From: the human T2T-CHM13v2.0 reference genome, Homo sapiens
Assembly: GCA_009914755.4 (NCBI GenBank)
Contig: CP086569.2
Span: 3,328,001 to 3,392,000 of the forward strand
Direction: 5' to 3'
Length of the DNA stretch: 64,000 nucleotides
Part shown: positions 44,458 through 57,898 of the stretch, one piece after another
Layout of the letters: each line of letters begins with the position of its first letter
Position numbering within the stretch: the first letter of the stretch is position 1
Position numbers and translations under genes: made by a program
The notes under the pieces: generated by a model
The model's input: only the letters and a program-made list of their open reading frames with translations
What the model was told of the DNA's origin: nothing
The model's database searches: none

Positions 44458-45454
44458 CCCCAGAAATAGTTTGTTTGATATTTTCGGTTTTGCTGTTAAG
44501 CTTTGTTAGAAGATACTGAAACATAGTTTATTCTAGAAGTAAATTTTTCAACTACTTATGCAAAATTCTACTTAGTACTTTAATGATGCCCCATCAATTA
44601 TACAGTTCACTGCTTTGATTGTTGGAAACAGGCACTCTTCTTAGCTCAGTGTGAGGTCTTGGTATTGTTCCCTCTAACTCCTTTGGGTAATTCTCTCCCT
44701 AAACTGGTAATTTCCTCACATACTTGTGCTGATCAGTACTCAGTTGAATATTAGAGATTTCTGAAGTTCTGTTTGCACAAATACTTTGTAATATAAATGC
44801 TTGCTGCTTTTTCATCCCTAGAGTGGCAGCTCCTTCTGAATACAAGGAAATTGCAGGGTTTAACCGGAGTTAATACTCTCAATCAGTCATACAGCCCAGA
44901 AATCTACATCTTGGACTGCAATGATTCATGTATTTGACTTTTTGATATTTGTCTATTAGTCCCTGATGTTCTGTTCCTTTTTTGGTTTTGTTTTCTATCT
45001 TCCAGATTGATTAATCACTAATGATTTATCTTCAAATTCATCCACTCTCTCTATCATCTCTATTCTGCTACTGAGCACATCCTGTACATTTTTTAAATTT
45101 CAGAAAAGTATTTTCAGTTCTAAATTTTTCAGTTGTTTCATAGCATATACGTGTGTGTGTATAAACACATACATATGTATATTTGTCAGATTCACTTTCC
45201 GTCACTCTCAAGTGTGTTTACTTTTCACCTTATAGAGAATGGTTATAAATTAGCTGATTTAAAGTATTTTTCTGATAATTCCATTATTTAAAAATCTCTT
45301 TCTTTAATGAAAAAAATGCACATTCCTTGTTACTCCTTGCATTTTTCTTTTGGCTGTTTCTAAAAGGACATAGAATCTAATATAATGCAGAATTTAAGCC
45401 AAATATATCTGAAAGAAATGGGCATGAAGAGGGTTTTTTTTAATTTTTTTAATT

Positions 45455-46310
45455 TCCACTTTTAGATTCTGGGGGAGCATGTGCAGGTCTGTTACATGGG
45501 TATGTTGCATGATGTTGAGGTTAGGGGTGTGAATTGTCCTGTCACCCAGATAGTGAGCCTAGTACCCAATAGGTAGTTTTTCCCCCTTTGCCCTTTGCTC
45601 TTCCTTCCCACTCTAGTATTCTTGTCTATTGTTTCCATCTCTTTGCCTACCTATACCCAACGTTTAGCTCCCACTTGTAAGTGAGAACATGCAGTATTTG
45701 ATTTTCTTTTTCTGTATGATTTGCTTAGGATCATGGCCTCCAGCTGCATCCATGTTTCTGCAAAGAACATGATTTCATTCTCTTTTATGGCTCCATAGTA
45801 TTCCATGGTGATTACATACCATATTTTCTTTATCCAGTCCACCATTAATAGGCACCTTAGTTGATTCCATGTCTTTGTTATTGTGAATAGTGCTACAGTG
45901 AACATGTAAGTACATGTTTCTTTTTGGTAGAATAATTTATTTACCTTTGGGTATATACCCAGTAATAGGATTACTGGGTTGAATGGTAGTTCTATTTTAA
46001 TTCTTTGAGAAATCTCCAAACTGCTTTCCATAGTAACTGAACTAATTTACATATCCACAGTGTTTAAGTGTTCCCTTTTCTCCACAGCCTCTCCAGCATC
46101 TGCTGTTTTTTGACTTTTCAGTAATAGCAGTTCTGACTGGTGTGAGATTGTACCTCATTGTGGTTTAAATTTGCATTTTTTTGATGTTTAGTGATGTTGA
46201 ACCTTTTTTTATGTTTGTTGGCCACTTGTATGTTATTTGGATATCTTGTAGATATCATCCTTTGAGAGTATTCTCCTGTGAAAATGTGTCACATTTCTTT
46301 CCATGTGAAA
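45455..46310 (-). mobile_element. L1 (L1PA/L1PB-type) 3'-terminal fragment, antisense
   Basis: ttttagattctgggggagcatgtgcaggtctgttacatgggtat... (L1 3' end antisense), then antisense ORF2 C-terminus. Minus ORF 45651-46031 (ETCTYMFTVALFTITKTWNQLRCLLMVDWIKKIWYVITMEYYGAIKENEIMFFAETWMQLEAMILS). Confidence 0.7.
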
Positions 46311-48549
46311 TTAATTTTAGATTATACCCTGAACATTTAAATATCATGATGTGTAGATTCCGGGTCCTGTTGTACTCCTCTGGAGGGAGAAAGTTGCTTT
46401 AATTTTTAGCAGGCAATTCAAATATTTAGGCATAAACTACAAATTCTGTCTCATCTTCCAAGGGTGGTGGTACCAATCTCAGTTTAATTTTTGAAGTCTC
46501 TACTATGCGAGTTTTGTCATTCCTGTGCATGCATGATGCAAGAGTGACCTCTAGACTTATTGAATTAGTGGTATCCATTTTTCAGATTTTTACTTCCTAC
46601 ATTTTCTCCCACATTCTTCAGTTTATATGGAACTATTTTCCAATAATTCCAAGTTCTTCAGTACAGAAAGGTGAGAATTCTATTAGCAATTTAGCCATTT
46701 ATGTTTCTTCTCTGTTTTATGGTTCTGTAATTGGGTTACCCCCGGGATAAACGTGAAAGAGAAAAGAACAAAATGATAATATCATCCCCCATGCAGGACA
46801 CATCTTCAAGATTTGACTCTGATCTAAAACATTACCTTTATATACCTTTAAGAGTCCTCACATAGATTCTTTTTGTATTGTGTTAAGAACTGTCTGTTGT
46901 ACTGAGCAGAAGAGATTTGCTGTGGTAGCCTTATACTGCCATAGTGATACTAGAACCCAAAGCTATGCCATTTTAACACCTCAGCCCACTACTTTGACTC
47001 AGGAATGAAACTTCAGAAACCAACTCCAGAAAAAACTCTATGTAAATGCATAATTTTTCGTATGTTGATAAATGTACTTCAAAAAATTCATATGATATTT
47101 CTTTATCAGTTAACCTCTATTACATTTCTTTAGCTTTACCATGAAATCATTTTATGAAAGGCAGGGAATAGATTTATACAAGTTAATAACATTATTCAAG
47201 TACATAAATGCAAATGCATGATTAATTCTCAAATTTATCATAAGTGTTATAAATTCTATAACTTTATGCTCTGGGTGTTGGCTACTAGCTAACTTTCTTT
47301 TGTGTTATATTTGAGCAGAGCTCACTGTTAATATATTCAGGCTTTTAAAAAGAAGTTATGTATTTTTCTGTATTGGAGATACAATTAAGATTCTTCAAAG
47401 TAACAGGCAATATTTTGATAAATCCTAGTATACTAAGTTACCAATGTTGACAAAATATCACTCTATAATTTTCTAGAAAGATATGCCATTCATTTGTCCA
47501 GTTAATCCAAAATTTCATTCTTGCTAGTTTAAGTATGATAATAATTTTGACAAGTGGTGTCCACAAATACTATATTATTACTTATAGCAGTGAATAAGTT
47601 ATTCACATATTAACTCATAGGAAAATTTCTATAGTTGATTTTATATCTAAATATGACACAATGTAAAAAGGTTCTTTCCTTATCTGAAGTCATCATTTTA
47701 TTTTTATTTTTGAGAGAATATTGAGATAACCTTTAAGATATGAATATACATTTTCTATGCATTAACTTTTTAAAAGTTTTGTTAAATATTATTCATAATA
47801 TTTATGTATTTTAAATTTTAAATATATTTGTAATCTACTTGTAAATGACTTTTACAGCACGACTATTTCCATGGACTATTTTTACACTTCGAAGATTCAA
47901 ATACGGTGTTGAATTAATAGTTTATACTGTATTGATCAATGATTGCTTACCTGTTATTCATCAGTCTATGCATTGAATAAATATTTGTTGACCACCAATA
48001 TATGTCAGCACGTGTATACTGTGTTAAGACACAGAGAATTATCACAGTTTTGGCAGTAAGTGGAATGACTTATATAAGCAGTTCAAAGTTTACCTTCTTT
48101 ACAATAAATTACTTTATCTCCCAGGGCAATCTTACCATCAGCAGCCCAAATTTGTATACTTAATATGTGACTTATATTTTGATGACCTAACATACAATAG
48201 ACAGGGGTCTGTAGGTTTATTCAGAATAATAATTTTTTAAATAATAAAAATAAAAATAATAAAAATCCATTAATGAAATCTTTTCATATTTATATTGATT
48301 GCATTATTTTAAAGTTAAAGTGAAGAGAAAGTAAATAAGAGGACATAAATTTTTATTGAGACCATTCACTGTGCCAGTTACTGGGCTATACTGTTTACAA
48401 ATGATTGAATCTTACAAAACATCCTCAGGACAGAATTTAACTGAATTTTCAGAATTTTACAAAACACCCTCAGAATAGAAATTGTTTACCAATTTTAGAA
48501 GTAGAAAATTGTCAGGAGACTATTCTCCATGGGTATGTCATGGTACTGT

Positions 48550-50788
48550 TGATATGACTTGGATCTGTGTCCTGACTCAAATCTCATCAAATTGTAATCC
48601 CCATGTGTTGAGGGAGGAACCTCGTGGGAGGTGATTGGATCAAGGGGGCATTTTCCCCCATGCTGTTCTTGTGATAGTGAGTTCTTGTGAGATCCGATGG
48701 TCTAAAAGTGTTTGGAAGTTCCCCCTCTTGCACTCCCTCTCTCTCTCTCTCTCTCTCCTGCTGCCATGTAAGGTATGCCTTGCTTCCCCTTTGCTTTCCA
48801 CCATAATTGTGAGATTCCTGAGGCCTCCACAGCCATGTGGAACTGTGATTCAATTAAACCTCTTTCCTTTATAAACTACCCAGTCTCAGGTAGTTCTTTA
48901 TAGCAGTGTGAAAACAGACTAATACAGAAAGTTGGTACTGAGGGAAGTGGGGCATTGATATAAAGTTACCTGAAAATGTGAAACAGACTTTTTAACTGGG
49001 TAACAGGCAGAGGCTGGGGCAGTTTGCATGGCTCAGAAGAAAACAGGAAGATTTGGGAAAGTTTAGAACTTCCTAGACTCTAGCTGAATGGTTTTGACTA
49101 ACATGCGATAGTGGTATGGACAATTAAGTCCAGGCTGAGATTATCTCAGATGGAGATGAGGAATTTACTGGGAACTGGAGTAAATGTCTCTCATGCTGTG
49201 CTTTAGCAAAGAGACTAGCGGCATCTTGTCTCTGCCCTAGAGATCTGTGGAACTTTGAATTTGAGAGAGATGATTTAGGGTATCTGGCAGAAGAAACTTC
49301 TAAGCAGCAAGGCATTCAAGACGTGACCTGGCTTTTTATAAACGCGTACAGTCATATGCACTCACAATGAGATGGTCTGAAATTGGAACTTATCTTTAAA
49401 AGGGAAGCAAAGCATAACATTTTGGAAAATTTGCAGCCTGTCCATGTGGTATAAAAGGAAAAGCCATTTTCTGGGGAGAAATTCAAGACACCAATGCAGA
49501 AATTAGCATAAGAAAAGAGGAGTCTAATGTTAATAGCCAAGACAATGGGAAAAATGTCTCCAGGGCATTTTAGAGGTCTTCATTGCAGCCCCCACCACCC
49601 TCCCCACCCCATGACAGGCCCAGAAACCTAGGAGGGAAAAAATGGTTTCTTGGGCTGCATTCAGGACCACACTGCTCTGTGTAGTCTTGGGAAATGGTGC
49701 CCTGCATCCCAGTAGCTTCAGCTCCAGCTGTGGCTAAAAGGGGCCAAGGTACAGTTTGGACCATTACTTCAGAGAGTACAATCCCTGAACCTTGGTGGCT
49801 TACACATGGTGTTAAACCTGTGGGTACAAAGAAGACTAGAATTGAGGTTTGGGAACCTCCACCTAGATTTCAGAGAAATCTAGGGCCATCATCCTCCAGA
49901 CCCCAGAATGGTAGATCTACCAATAGCTTGCTCTATGCACCTTGAAAAGCTGCAGGTACTCAACACCAGCCTGTGAAAGGAGCCTCAGGGGCTGCACCCT
50001 ATGGAGCTACAGGGGTGGAGCTGTCCAAGGCTATGGGAGCACACCCCTTGCATCCTTGTGCCTTTGATGTGAGACATGAAATCAAAAGAGATTATTTTGG
50101 AGCTTTAAGATTTAAAGACTGTCCTGCAGGATTTCAGACTTACATGGAGCCTGTAGCCCCTTTGTTTTAGCCAATTTCTCCCTTTTGGAATGGGAGCATT
50201 TACACAATGCCTGTACCCCACATTGTGTCTTGGAAGTAACCAACTTATTTTTATTTTACAGACTCATAGGCAGAAGGAACTTGTCTTGTTTCAGATGAGA
50301 CTTTGGACTTGGACTTTTGAGTTAATGCTGGAATGAGTTAAGACTTTGAGGTATTGTTGGAAAGACATGATTGTGTTTTGAAATATGAGAGGGACATGAG
50401 ATTTGGGAGGGGCCAGGGTGGAATGATATGGTTTGGCTCTGTATCCTCACCCAAATCTCATCTCAAATTGTAATTTTCATGTGTTGGGGAGGGATCTTGT
50501 GGGAGGTGATTGGATTATGGGCGAGGTCTCCCTCATGCTGCTCTTGTGATAGTGAATGAGTTCTCACAAGATCTGATGCTTTTAAAGTTATTTGGCAGTC
50601 CACCTCAGTTTCTCTGTCTCCTGGCGACACACAATGTACCTTGCTTCCTCTTCACCTTCTGCCATGATTGTGAGTTTCATGAGGTCTCTCCAGCCATGGG
50701 GAACTGTGAGTCAATTAAACTTCTTTTCCTTATAAACTACCCAGTCTCAGGTAGTTATTTATAGCAGTGTGAAAGCAGACTAATACAA
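48550..50788 (+). mobile_element. Complete ERVL-MaLR element (THE1/MST-like): 5' LTR 48550-48927, internal region 48928-50423, 3' LTR 50424-50788. 5-bp TSD actgt/actgc.
   Basis: Both LTRs start with tgatatg(a/g)(c/t)ttgg...ccaaatctcatc...aattgtaat...gtgttg...gggagg and end with ccagccatg(t/g)ggaactgtga(t/g)tcaattaaac(c/t)tctttcctttataaactacccagtctcaggtagtt(c/a)tttatagcagtgtgaaa.cagactaataca. The internal region has no long ORF, as expected for MaLR. Confidence 0.8.
48735..48760. repeat. (CT)n microsatellite expansion inside the MaLR 5' LTR
   Basis: cactccctctctctctctctctctcctgctgcc. The 3' LTR has only ctctgtctcct at the homologous position. Confidence 0.7.
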
Positions 50789-52367
50789 CTGCACATCCTG
50801 TGAGAAACGCACCATCTGTCCTTTGCTCCAAAATATTTTTTCAAGGATTTTTGTATAGAAAAAAACTTTGAAATGTAGATATAATACATTCCTACGGAAA
50901 ACAGTGACGAAATTATTTTTGTCCAGTTTAATTAAAAAATAAAAATGTTTTCCTTTAGTGCAAAGTCAGGCATGTTTACTCACTGTCATAAAAGATTTGG
51001 GAAGTTCAGTGTGTCTCAGCTGTAATTCCAAACCATTGCATGCATAGCATGCATCTGATCCATATCACATTAAATCAATGGACCTTGCAGGCAAAGGAAA
51101 CTGACACTCATATTTATGCTGCTTGCTGTGCTATGAATAATAAGAGCCTTTGTATCTGATCCTGGAGTTTTGTGACTTCTGTCCACCACTATGAAACTGT
51201 GGTAGGCTAAATTGTTAGCTTGCAAGAAGAGTAAAATATCTGACCCTCATAATTCTTGAAGAAAGTTTGGAAATTTGGAGTGTAAGTAACTTGTCATGTC
51301 TGAATACAAGGTACACATTCTGTACAAGTACAAAATACTGCCATGTATCATAAATTACATAAACATTATTTTTTATATAGTCTTGTATTACAGTTTTTTT
51401 CAGTAACAGAAGATGAGGATTACACTTGATTCATTTATTTACATTCTGAAACTTTAGTGAAATAACTTGTGGACAGGGTTTTAATATATGTCTTTCAAAC
51501 ATAATTGGATTTTATTAGTGTGTAAAAAAACTGTTACATTTTTTCAGTGCAATAAAAAGAATTATACCATAACCAGGGATGGCTTTTGGAAAATCTAAGA
51601 AACCAATGTTTATTTTTGCCATTGAGCAAAGTCTGCAGACGTTCAAGGCTATTTAGAATAGAATTTTGTCAGTTTTTTGTACAATCCTCACAAACTGCAA
51701 GACAGAGAAGAGGTAAGAGTGACAATGTGGATCAAAATTTTTCTAGCAAATATCATTCCAGTGCTTCAGTGGAGCCCTGTGATCCCTTAGTTTATTTTTC
51801 TCCAACAGTCAGATGACAATTGTAAATACAATGTAAATACATAGACAGAGTCATTTACACATGTGGAAAAATTGACATCAGCATCAATATCCCAGGTATT
51901 TTATTTATAAGGTAATGGATTCTTCTGGCTGCTAAGAAAGAAAATAAAATATTTTCAACCATATTATAATTGGAACAAAAACTCAGTTTACTTAATTTTT
52001 TTATTTTAACTTTCTACTGATTCTGAAAAACAAAAATCTTTCAGACACTATTTGATTGTGTATTGCTTAATCTTCCATTTAGAAGTTTACTGTTGGGTAT
52101 TTTTTTTTTTTTGAAAATAAGTAAACAAGCCACTATATTAGTGACAACTGCAAGTCTCCTGTCACATGACAATTTCATCCAAACCCCTCCACTAAGAGAC
52201 TTAACCAAACTGTAGCATGGCTTCTAGTAGCATAATGTGTGCCTAGCATGACCCCAGGCCTGAATTAAAATGCCTACCTGGGAAAGCACAAGGCTGCTAG
52301 GAAAATTTTCTGTTTGTTCAAGCCAACCTGATGATAGGCCCTGAGTTCCTTATCTTAGAGCTGTAAG

Positions 52368-52826
52368 AGTTAAAGAAAGAGCAAATAAACACGAAATGCA
52401 GCTTAACAGGTAACGGCACGTTTATTTTAGAAAAAAACCTGAGAGGGGCTTCTGGCCGATTTTGGTCAGGAGCACTTTTTCTTACAGGCTAAGAGTATAT
52501 ATTGGTTTTAGGGTGAAGGGGCTTATCATAAGCTTGGAATGTTTCTGTGTGAGGAAGAAGTTTAATGATGGGGTTGGAAAGTCTCTGGGTGGAGGGGAGG
52601 TTATTTTGGGGCTGACATCTTTCCAGCCGGAGGGGGGTTATCTCGGGGCTAGCATGTCTCTGCTTGGGGAGAAGTTTGGAATGTTTCTGCTTGGAGATGT
52701 TATTTATGGTTTATGGTCAGCTGACCTTAGCCATAAGGCTGATGCCCTTTGGATTTAGGCGGTTTTTGATTAAGGTGAACTTTAGAATGAGGGGCTTGTC
52801 CAAGACGGTGATGTTCCTCCTCTGTC
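52368..52826 (+). repeat. Copy A of an about 460-bp interspersed repeat of unidentified family (homologous to 57448-57898)
   Basis: gttaaagaaagag...gggcttctggcc.attt..gtcagg.gcacttt.tcttacag.ctaagagtatatattggttttagggt.aagg.gc.tat.a.aagcttgg.atgtttctgtgtg... is shared between the two copies at about 85% identity. Confidence 0.55.
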
Positions 52827-52842
52827 AAGAGCAATTTATTAA

Positions 52843-53231
<389 letters not shown>

Positions 53232-54299
53232 CGAGAGCCATTCCTTTACAGTGTAATTATCAAGAGAGTTAAGTCCTCTGTGCCCCAGTCTCTGTGGGAG
53301 AATGCATCCTCATTTCGATAACTGCCAGGAAGCTGACACAGCTGACGCAGCTGGCCTAATCACATTTACATGAATTAACCCTTTGTACGTTTTTACTTCT
53401 TTGACTCTACTGAACCCCCCACACTCTCTTCTCCCTCATTCTCCCTTGAAAATGTTCAGTTATCTTTGTATAAATGTGAATGGAGCACTGCTTTATCACA
53501 TACTGTCAGTTACCTAAAATTTGTCTTCACTGCTTCAACTAATGGTAGGCTGTGGGTTATTTTTTGACACTAGCTAGGAATTGAGCAATATGCAGGTTAG
53601 AAAATTGAATTTTTTCCTTTTGAGTGTAAGTTAGAAATTGGGAATAATTGGGTGATAATTGTTAAAGGAGGTGAATATCTCTGACATGTCACTTATCCTG
53701 AAAAAATTTGTTTATAGCTATAAGTTAATTCAATTCAAACTATGTTTTTAATAGTGAATGTCATATGTACAAATTTCAATGACTGAGGACTAGGCTTAAG
53801 AGTATGGTGCTTCTAAAATTTGCTCAAGATATCTTTAGAAAATGAACTAAAAATAAGGCACCTCACCCAAATGGGGAAAAATCAGTAATAATTAATTACA
53901 TTATTTGTTAATTAATTCACTAAATAAGTGAAGGTTTATGAATATTAGCCCCAGGTGGCAAAGGCTTTATATTTTGTTAAGACAGAAATCAGATTGAGTG
54001 TTACAGTTATTCAAGTCATAAAAGAGAATATTATCAAGGGGGTTATCAGCTTTGTAGTAGTGATACATAGGTATTATATAAAGACATCTCAACCTGTTTC
54101 TTATAATGCAGTCAAGTATTCTGGTACTAGCATATACAATAACAGAAAGGTTAATATTTTGATATTTATGAGAAAAATGTTAAGGGGGAAAGTGAGGGTT
54201 CTTAGGAGGCAGCATACCTAGTACTTAAGAGCCAACCTGCTTGATACAATTGATAGCTCCACCACTTATTATCTTAGATATCTTGTGGAGTTATTTAAC

Positions 54300-54960
54300 T
54301 TTTGTTAGTCATACTTTTCTTTTGTACAACTTGAATAAGCAGGGTAAGTATCTCAGATTGTCGCTAGGAGGTGTGAAAGGAAAATATCTTGGGCCCCTAC
54401 AATTACAATCACGAAGCTAAAGGGAAAATTCAAGTTTGGAACTGCTTAGGGCAACCTGCCTCCCATTCTATTCTAATAAGTAGGGTAAGTGTCTCAGATT
54501 GTTGCTAGGAGGTGTGAAAGGAAAATATCTTGGGCCCCCACAATCACAATCAGGAAGCTAAAGGGAAAATTCAAGCTGGGAACTGCTTAGGGCAACCTGC
54601 CTCCATTCTATTCAAATTTATCTCTATGCTCACTGAGATAAATGCATATCTGATTGCCTACTTTGGAAAGGCTAATCAGATACTCAAAAGAATGCAACCT
54701 TTGTCTCTCACCTGTCTGTGACCTGCTTTGAGTCTTCCTGCCTTTGCTTCGAGTTGTCCCACCTTTCCAGACTGAACCAATGTACTCCTTATATATATTG
54801 ATTGATGTCTCATGTCTCCCTAAAATGTGTAAAATCAAGCTGTGCCTCAACCACCTTGGTCATATGTCATCAGAACTTCTTGAGGCTGTGTTACCTCAAC
54901 CTTGGCAAAATAAACTTCCTTAATTGACTGCGACCTGTCTCAACTGTTTGGCGTCCACAG
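54300..54960 (+). repeat. LTR-like repeat (family not identified), containing a 2x about 140-bp tandem duplication at 54334-54613
   Basis: Units 54334-54474 and 54475-54613 are about 93% identical (aataag.agggtaagt.tctcagattgt.gctaggaggtgtgaaaggaaaatatcttgggccc..acaat.acaatca.gaagctaaagggaaaattcaag.t.ggaactgcttagggcaacctgcctcc.attctattc). They are followed by U3/R-like sequence with aataaac (ccttggcaaaataaacttccttaattgactg). Confidence 0.4.
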
Positions 54961-57447
54961 AGGTTTTAAGTAAAATAGTCTACAGAAAGGTTCAGAAGTC
55001 TATGAGACTTAGAGAGTAGTAGCTATTATTTTTATACATTCAAAGCCAAAGAAGGAAGAGAAAGGAGGAAAAGGAAGGGACAGGCAAGATGTTGTAATCT
55101 TTAAGAAATGAGAAAAAGAAAGAAAACCCCAAATTTCCTTTTCCTTTTTATCTCTTTATGAAAATTCTTTGGCAGATTTTCACCATTTATCTTTGGAGAA
55201 TTCTAAAAATTACAGAGTTACAAAGGGATTAAGTGAGAGAGTTGTCCTGATTTTTAAAGAGGATAAAATATTGGATCGTAGAAACTACAGTACACTTAGC
55301 ACTAATGCCTAGGAAATATCTGAAATTGAGTATTCAATACATCAGTTTAAAGATCTAAAAAAAAAATACCCTAAACAATGAAATGACTTACTCATTTCAT
55401 TTTTTTTCATCAAACATCAATAAAACTGACATGTTTGGAATAGCATGTCCAATGCCGCAGTACTTTTCTATAGGTACTGATCCTTTCATCTTTTACATGT
55501 TTATCACAGAAGCTGCCTTGTAACCATGTTATACAAATGTTAGATTTTTTTTGACCACTGTTTTATTCAACAATAAACAAATGAGCCAATCTGACAAAAT
55601 GAACCTCCTTTTAACTGGGAATTAGGGGCTTGAGAGCAAAATAGTCTTTTCTCAGGTAGGTAAAGCTGTATGATGTGAAGCTATGTGGATGAAAGTAGCA
55701 ATGTTTCCCAAAGTGCACCAAAAAAATGATTTTAGAGAGAACATAATGAAGCCACACACAGAGAGAAGTGTAGAGCAAATAGAAAGAGCTTGATCTTATT
55801 TAAGTCTCTGGATTTTCTGAAGCCAAGCCACATTTCTGTTCAAAATAAATATAAGTTGTTACTGTGTTCATCAAGCTAGTCTAAATATGTTTCCTTACAG
55901 ATTATTAAATAAGTATATAAAGGAAAGTGTGTAGTGAGGCCTAAAAACTTTACGTACAATGTGAGAAAATGTGGATTGGATATCAGGACAGATAAGTGAT
56001 TGTTTAGATAAATGAATAATGCAGCACTGTCAAACTACAGAGAGGAGCTTTAAAGGTAATCTGCAGGGTTTATCACTTTGTTACTTCCTGCCTAGAATTT
56101 TATCAATAATTTAGATGAATATATAAAAGATACATTTAATAAAAATGTAAGCCAATGGACAATTTTTTAAGACTCAAAGTTAGTAAAATATTAAGTTTAA
56201 TTTATGCCATGACATATTAGGAACGAGGCTATAGACATGACATATATCATAAAATATCTGAAAGATTTGTGAAAGAGATACTTGATATTATCAATAGATT
56301 AAGAGCACAAAATCAGGACAAATTGATATATGTTATGAGGAGAAAGTTTTCATTTCAGTACAAGGAAAATTTACTAACAGTAAAAATCAAAAGTTAACAC
56401 TGAACAGCTTAGTTAAATTTCCATTATTAAAGTGTTAAAACCAAGCCTTTGCTTTTATTTAAGACCACAGCATAGATGAGTTTTATATTAGGTAAAATGT
56501 TGGGTTGAAAACATCTTCAAAGACTTTCAAATCCGAAATTTTATAGAAAATTGGTAATCCTAGATTAATTCCTAAAAGTTAAAATTCCTTTATATTTTAT
56601 TTAAATTTTATTCTGTCTTGCTTATAGACTAGGAGTTAGAATATCTGGAGATGGGAAGGGATGAAGCTGGAGAGTGAATGGTGTCCTTTGGGGCTGAGTC
56701 TTGAAATGGGGAAGAAATTACCCAAAACAACAAGATGGTTGATCCTGATAACAAATAAGTGAACAAAAAAAAGTTGCTCACAGATGCTGTTGAGGTGGGA
56801 GAATAGGGCCTGGAGGCAAGGAATCTAAGGACTTCCTAGAACTAAATCAAATGAAAACACTTCAGCTATGATAGGAAATATCCTCTCTATTTACATAGGG
56901 CATACAATGAGTAAATGAATTTGTAACTTTACTTCATCCTCTTCATTAACATAGGGCATATACCAAGTAACCAATGGAAACCTCTAGAGGGTATTTAAAC
57001 CCCAGAAAATTCTGTAACAGTGCTCGAGCCCACTCCCACCCTGTGGAGCATACTTTCGTTTTCAAGAAATCTCTGCTTTTGTTGCTTCATTCTTTCCTTT
57101 TTTTGTTTGTGTGTTTTGTCCAATTTTTTGTTCAAGACATCAAGAATCTGGACACTCTCCACTGGTAACACTGTCATATAAGAATCCAGCTATTACAAAA
57201 TCCAGGTAACAATATATGGGCATCAAAACTGGGCTTCTAGAAGAGGAGTTTGTGTTCAGCAAGTTAAATGTAAGAACAAGGGGAATAATAGGGCATGGTG
57301 TTGGTGGTGGAGGAGTTAAATGGTAGCATAGCTAAAAGGATCAGAACAGACATAGTCATTTCTATTTTTCCCCAAAATCTGAGCTGTGTTACATGTGAGC
57401 TTATATGTCTTAGAAGGCTAGAGATAAAACAGATACCCTCTGTAAAA

Positions 57448-57898
57448 GTTAAAGAAAGAGGAAAGAAACAGAAAACACAGCTTGATAGTTAAAGACAGGT
57501 TTACTTTAGATAAAACCCAAGGGGGGCTTCTGGCCAATTTCTGTCAGGGGCACTTTCTCTTACAGACTAAGAGTATATATTGGTTTTAGGGTAAAGGAGC
57601 CTATTACAAGCTTGGGATGTTTCTGTGTGGGGCAGAAGTTTATGGCAGGGTTGAAATGTCTCTGGGCAGAGGGGAGGTTATCTTGGGGCTGGCGTCTTCC
57701 CAGCTGGAGGGGTAGCATGTCTCTGCCTGGGGAGGAGTTTGGGATGTTTCTGGTTGGAGATATTATTTGTGGTTTATGGTCATGCTGACCTTAGCCATTA
57801 AGGCTGATGCCCTTTGGATTTAGATAGGTTTTCTTTTTTTATTAAGGTGAACTTTAGAATGAGGAGCTTGTCCAAGATGGTGATGCTCCTGCTCTTTC
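57448..57898 (+). repeat. Copy B of the about 460-bp unidentified interspersed repeat (homologous to 52368-52826)
   Basis: See copy A. A purine-rich tract (aaagaaagaggaaagaaacagaaaacacag...aagggggg) precedes the conserved core in copy B. Confidence 0.55.
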
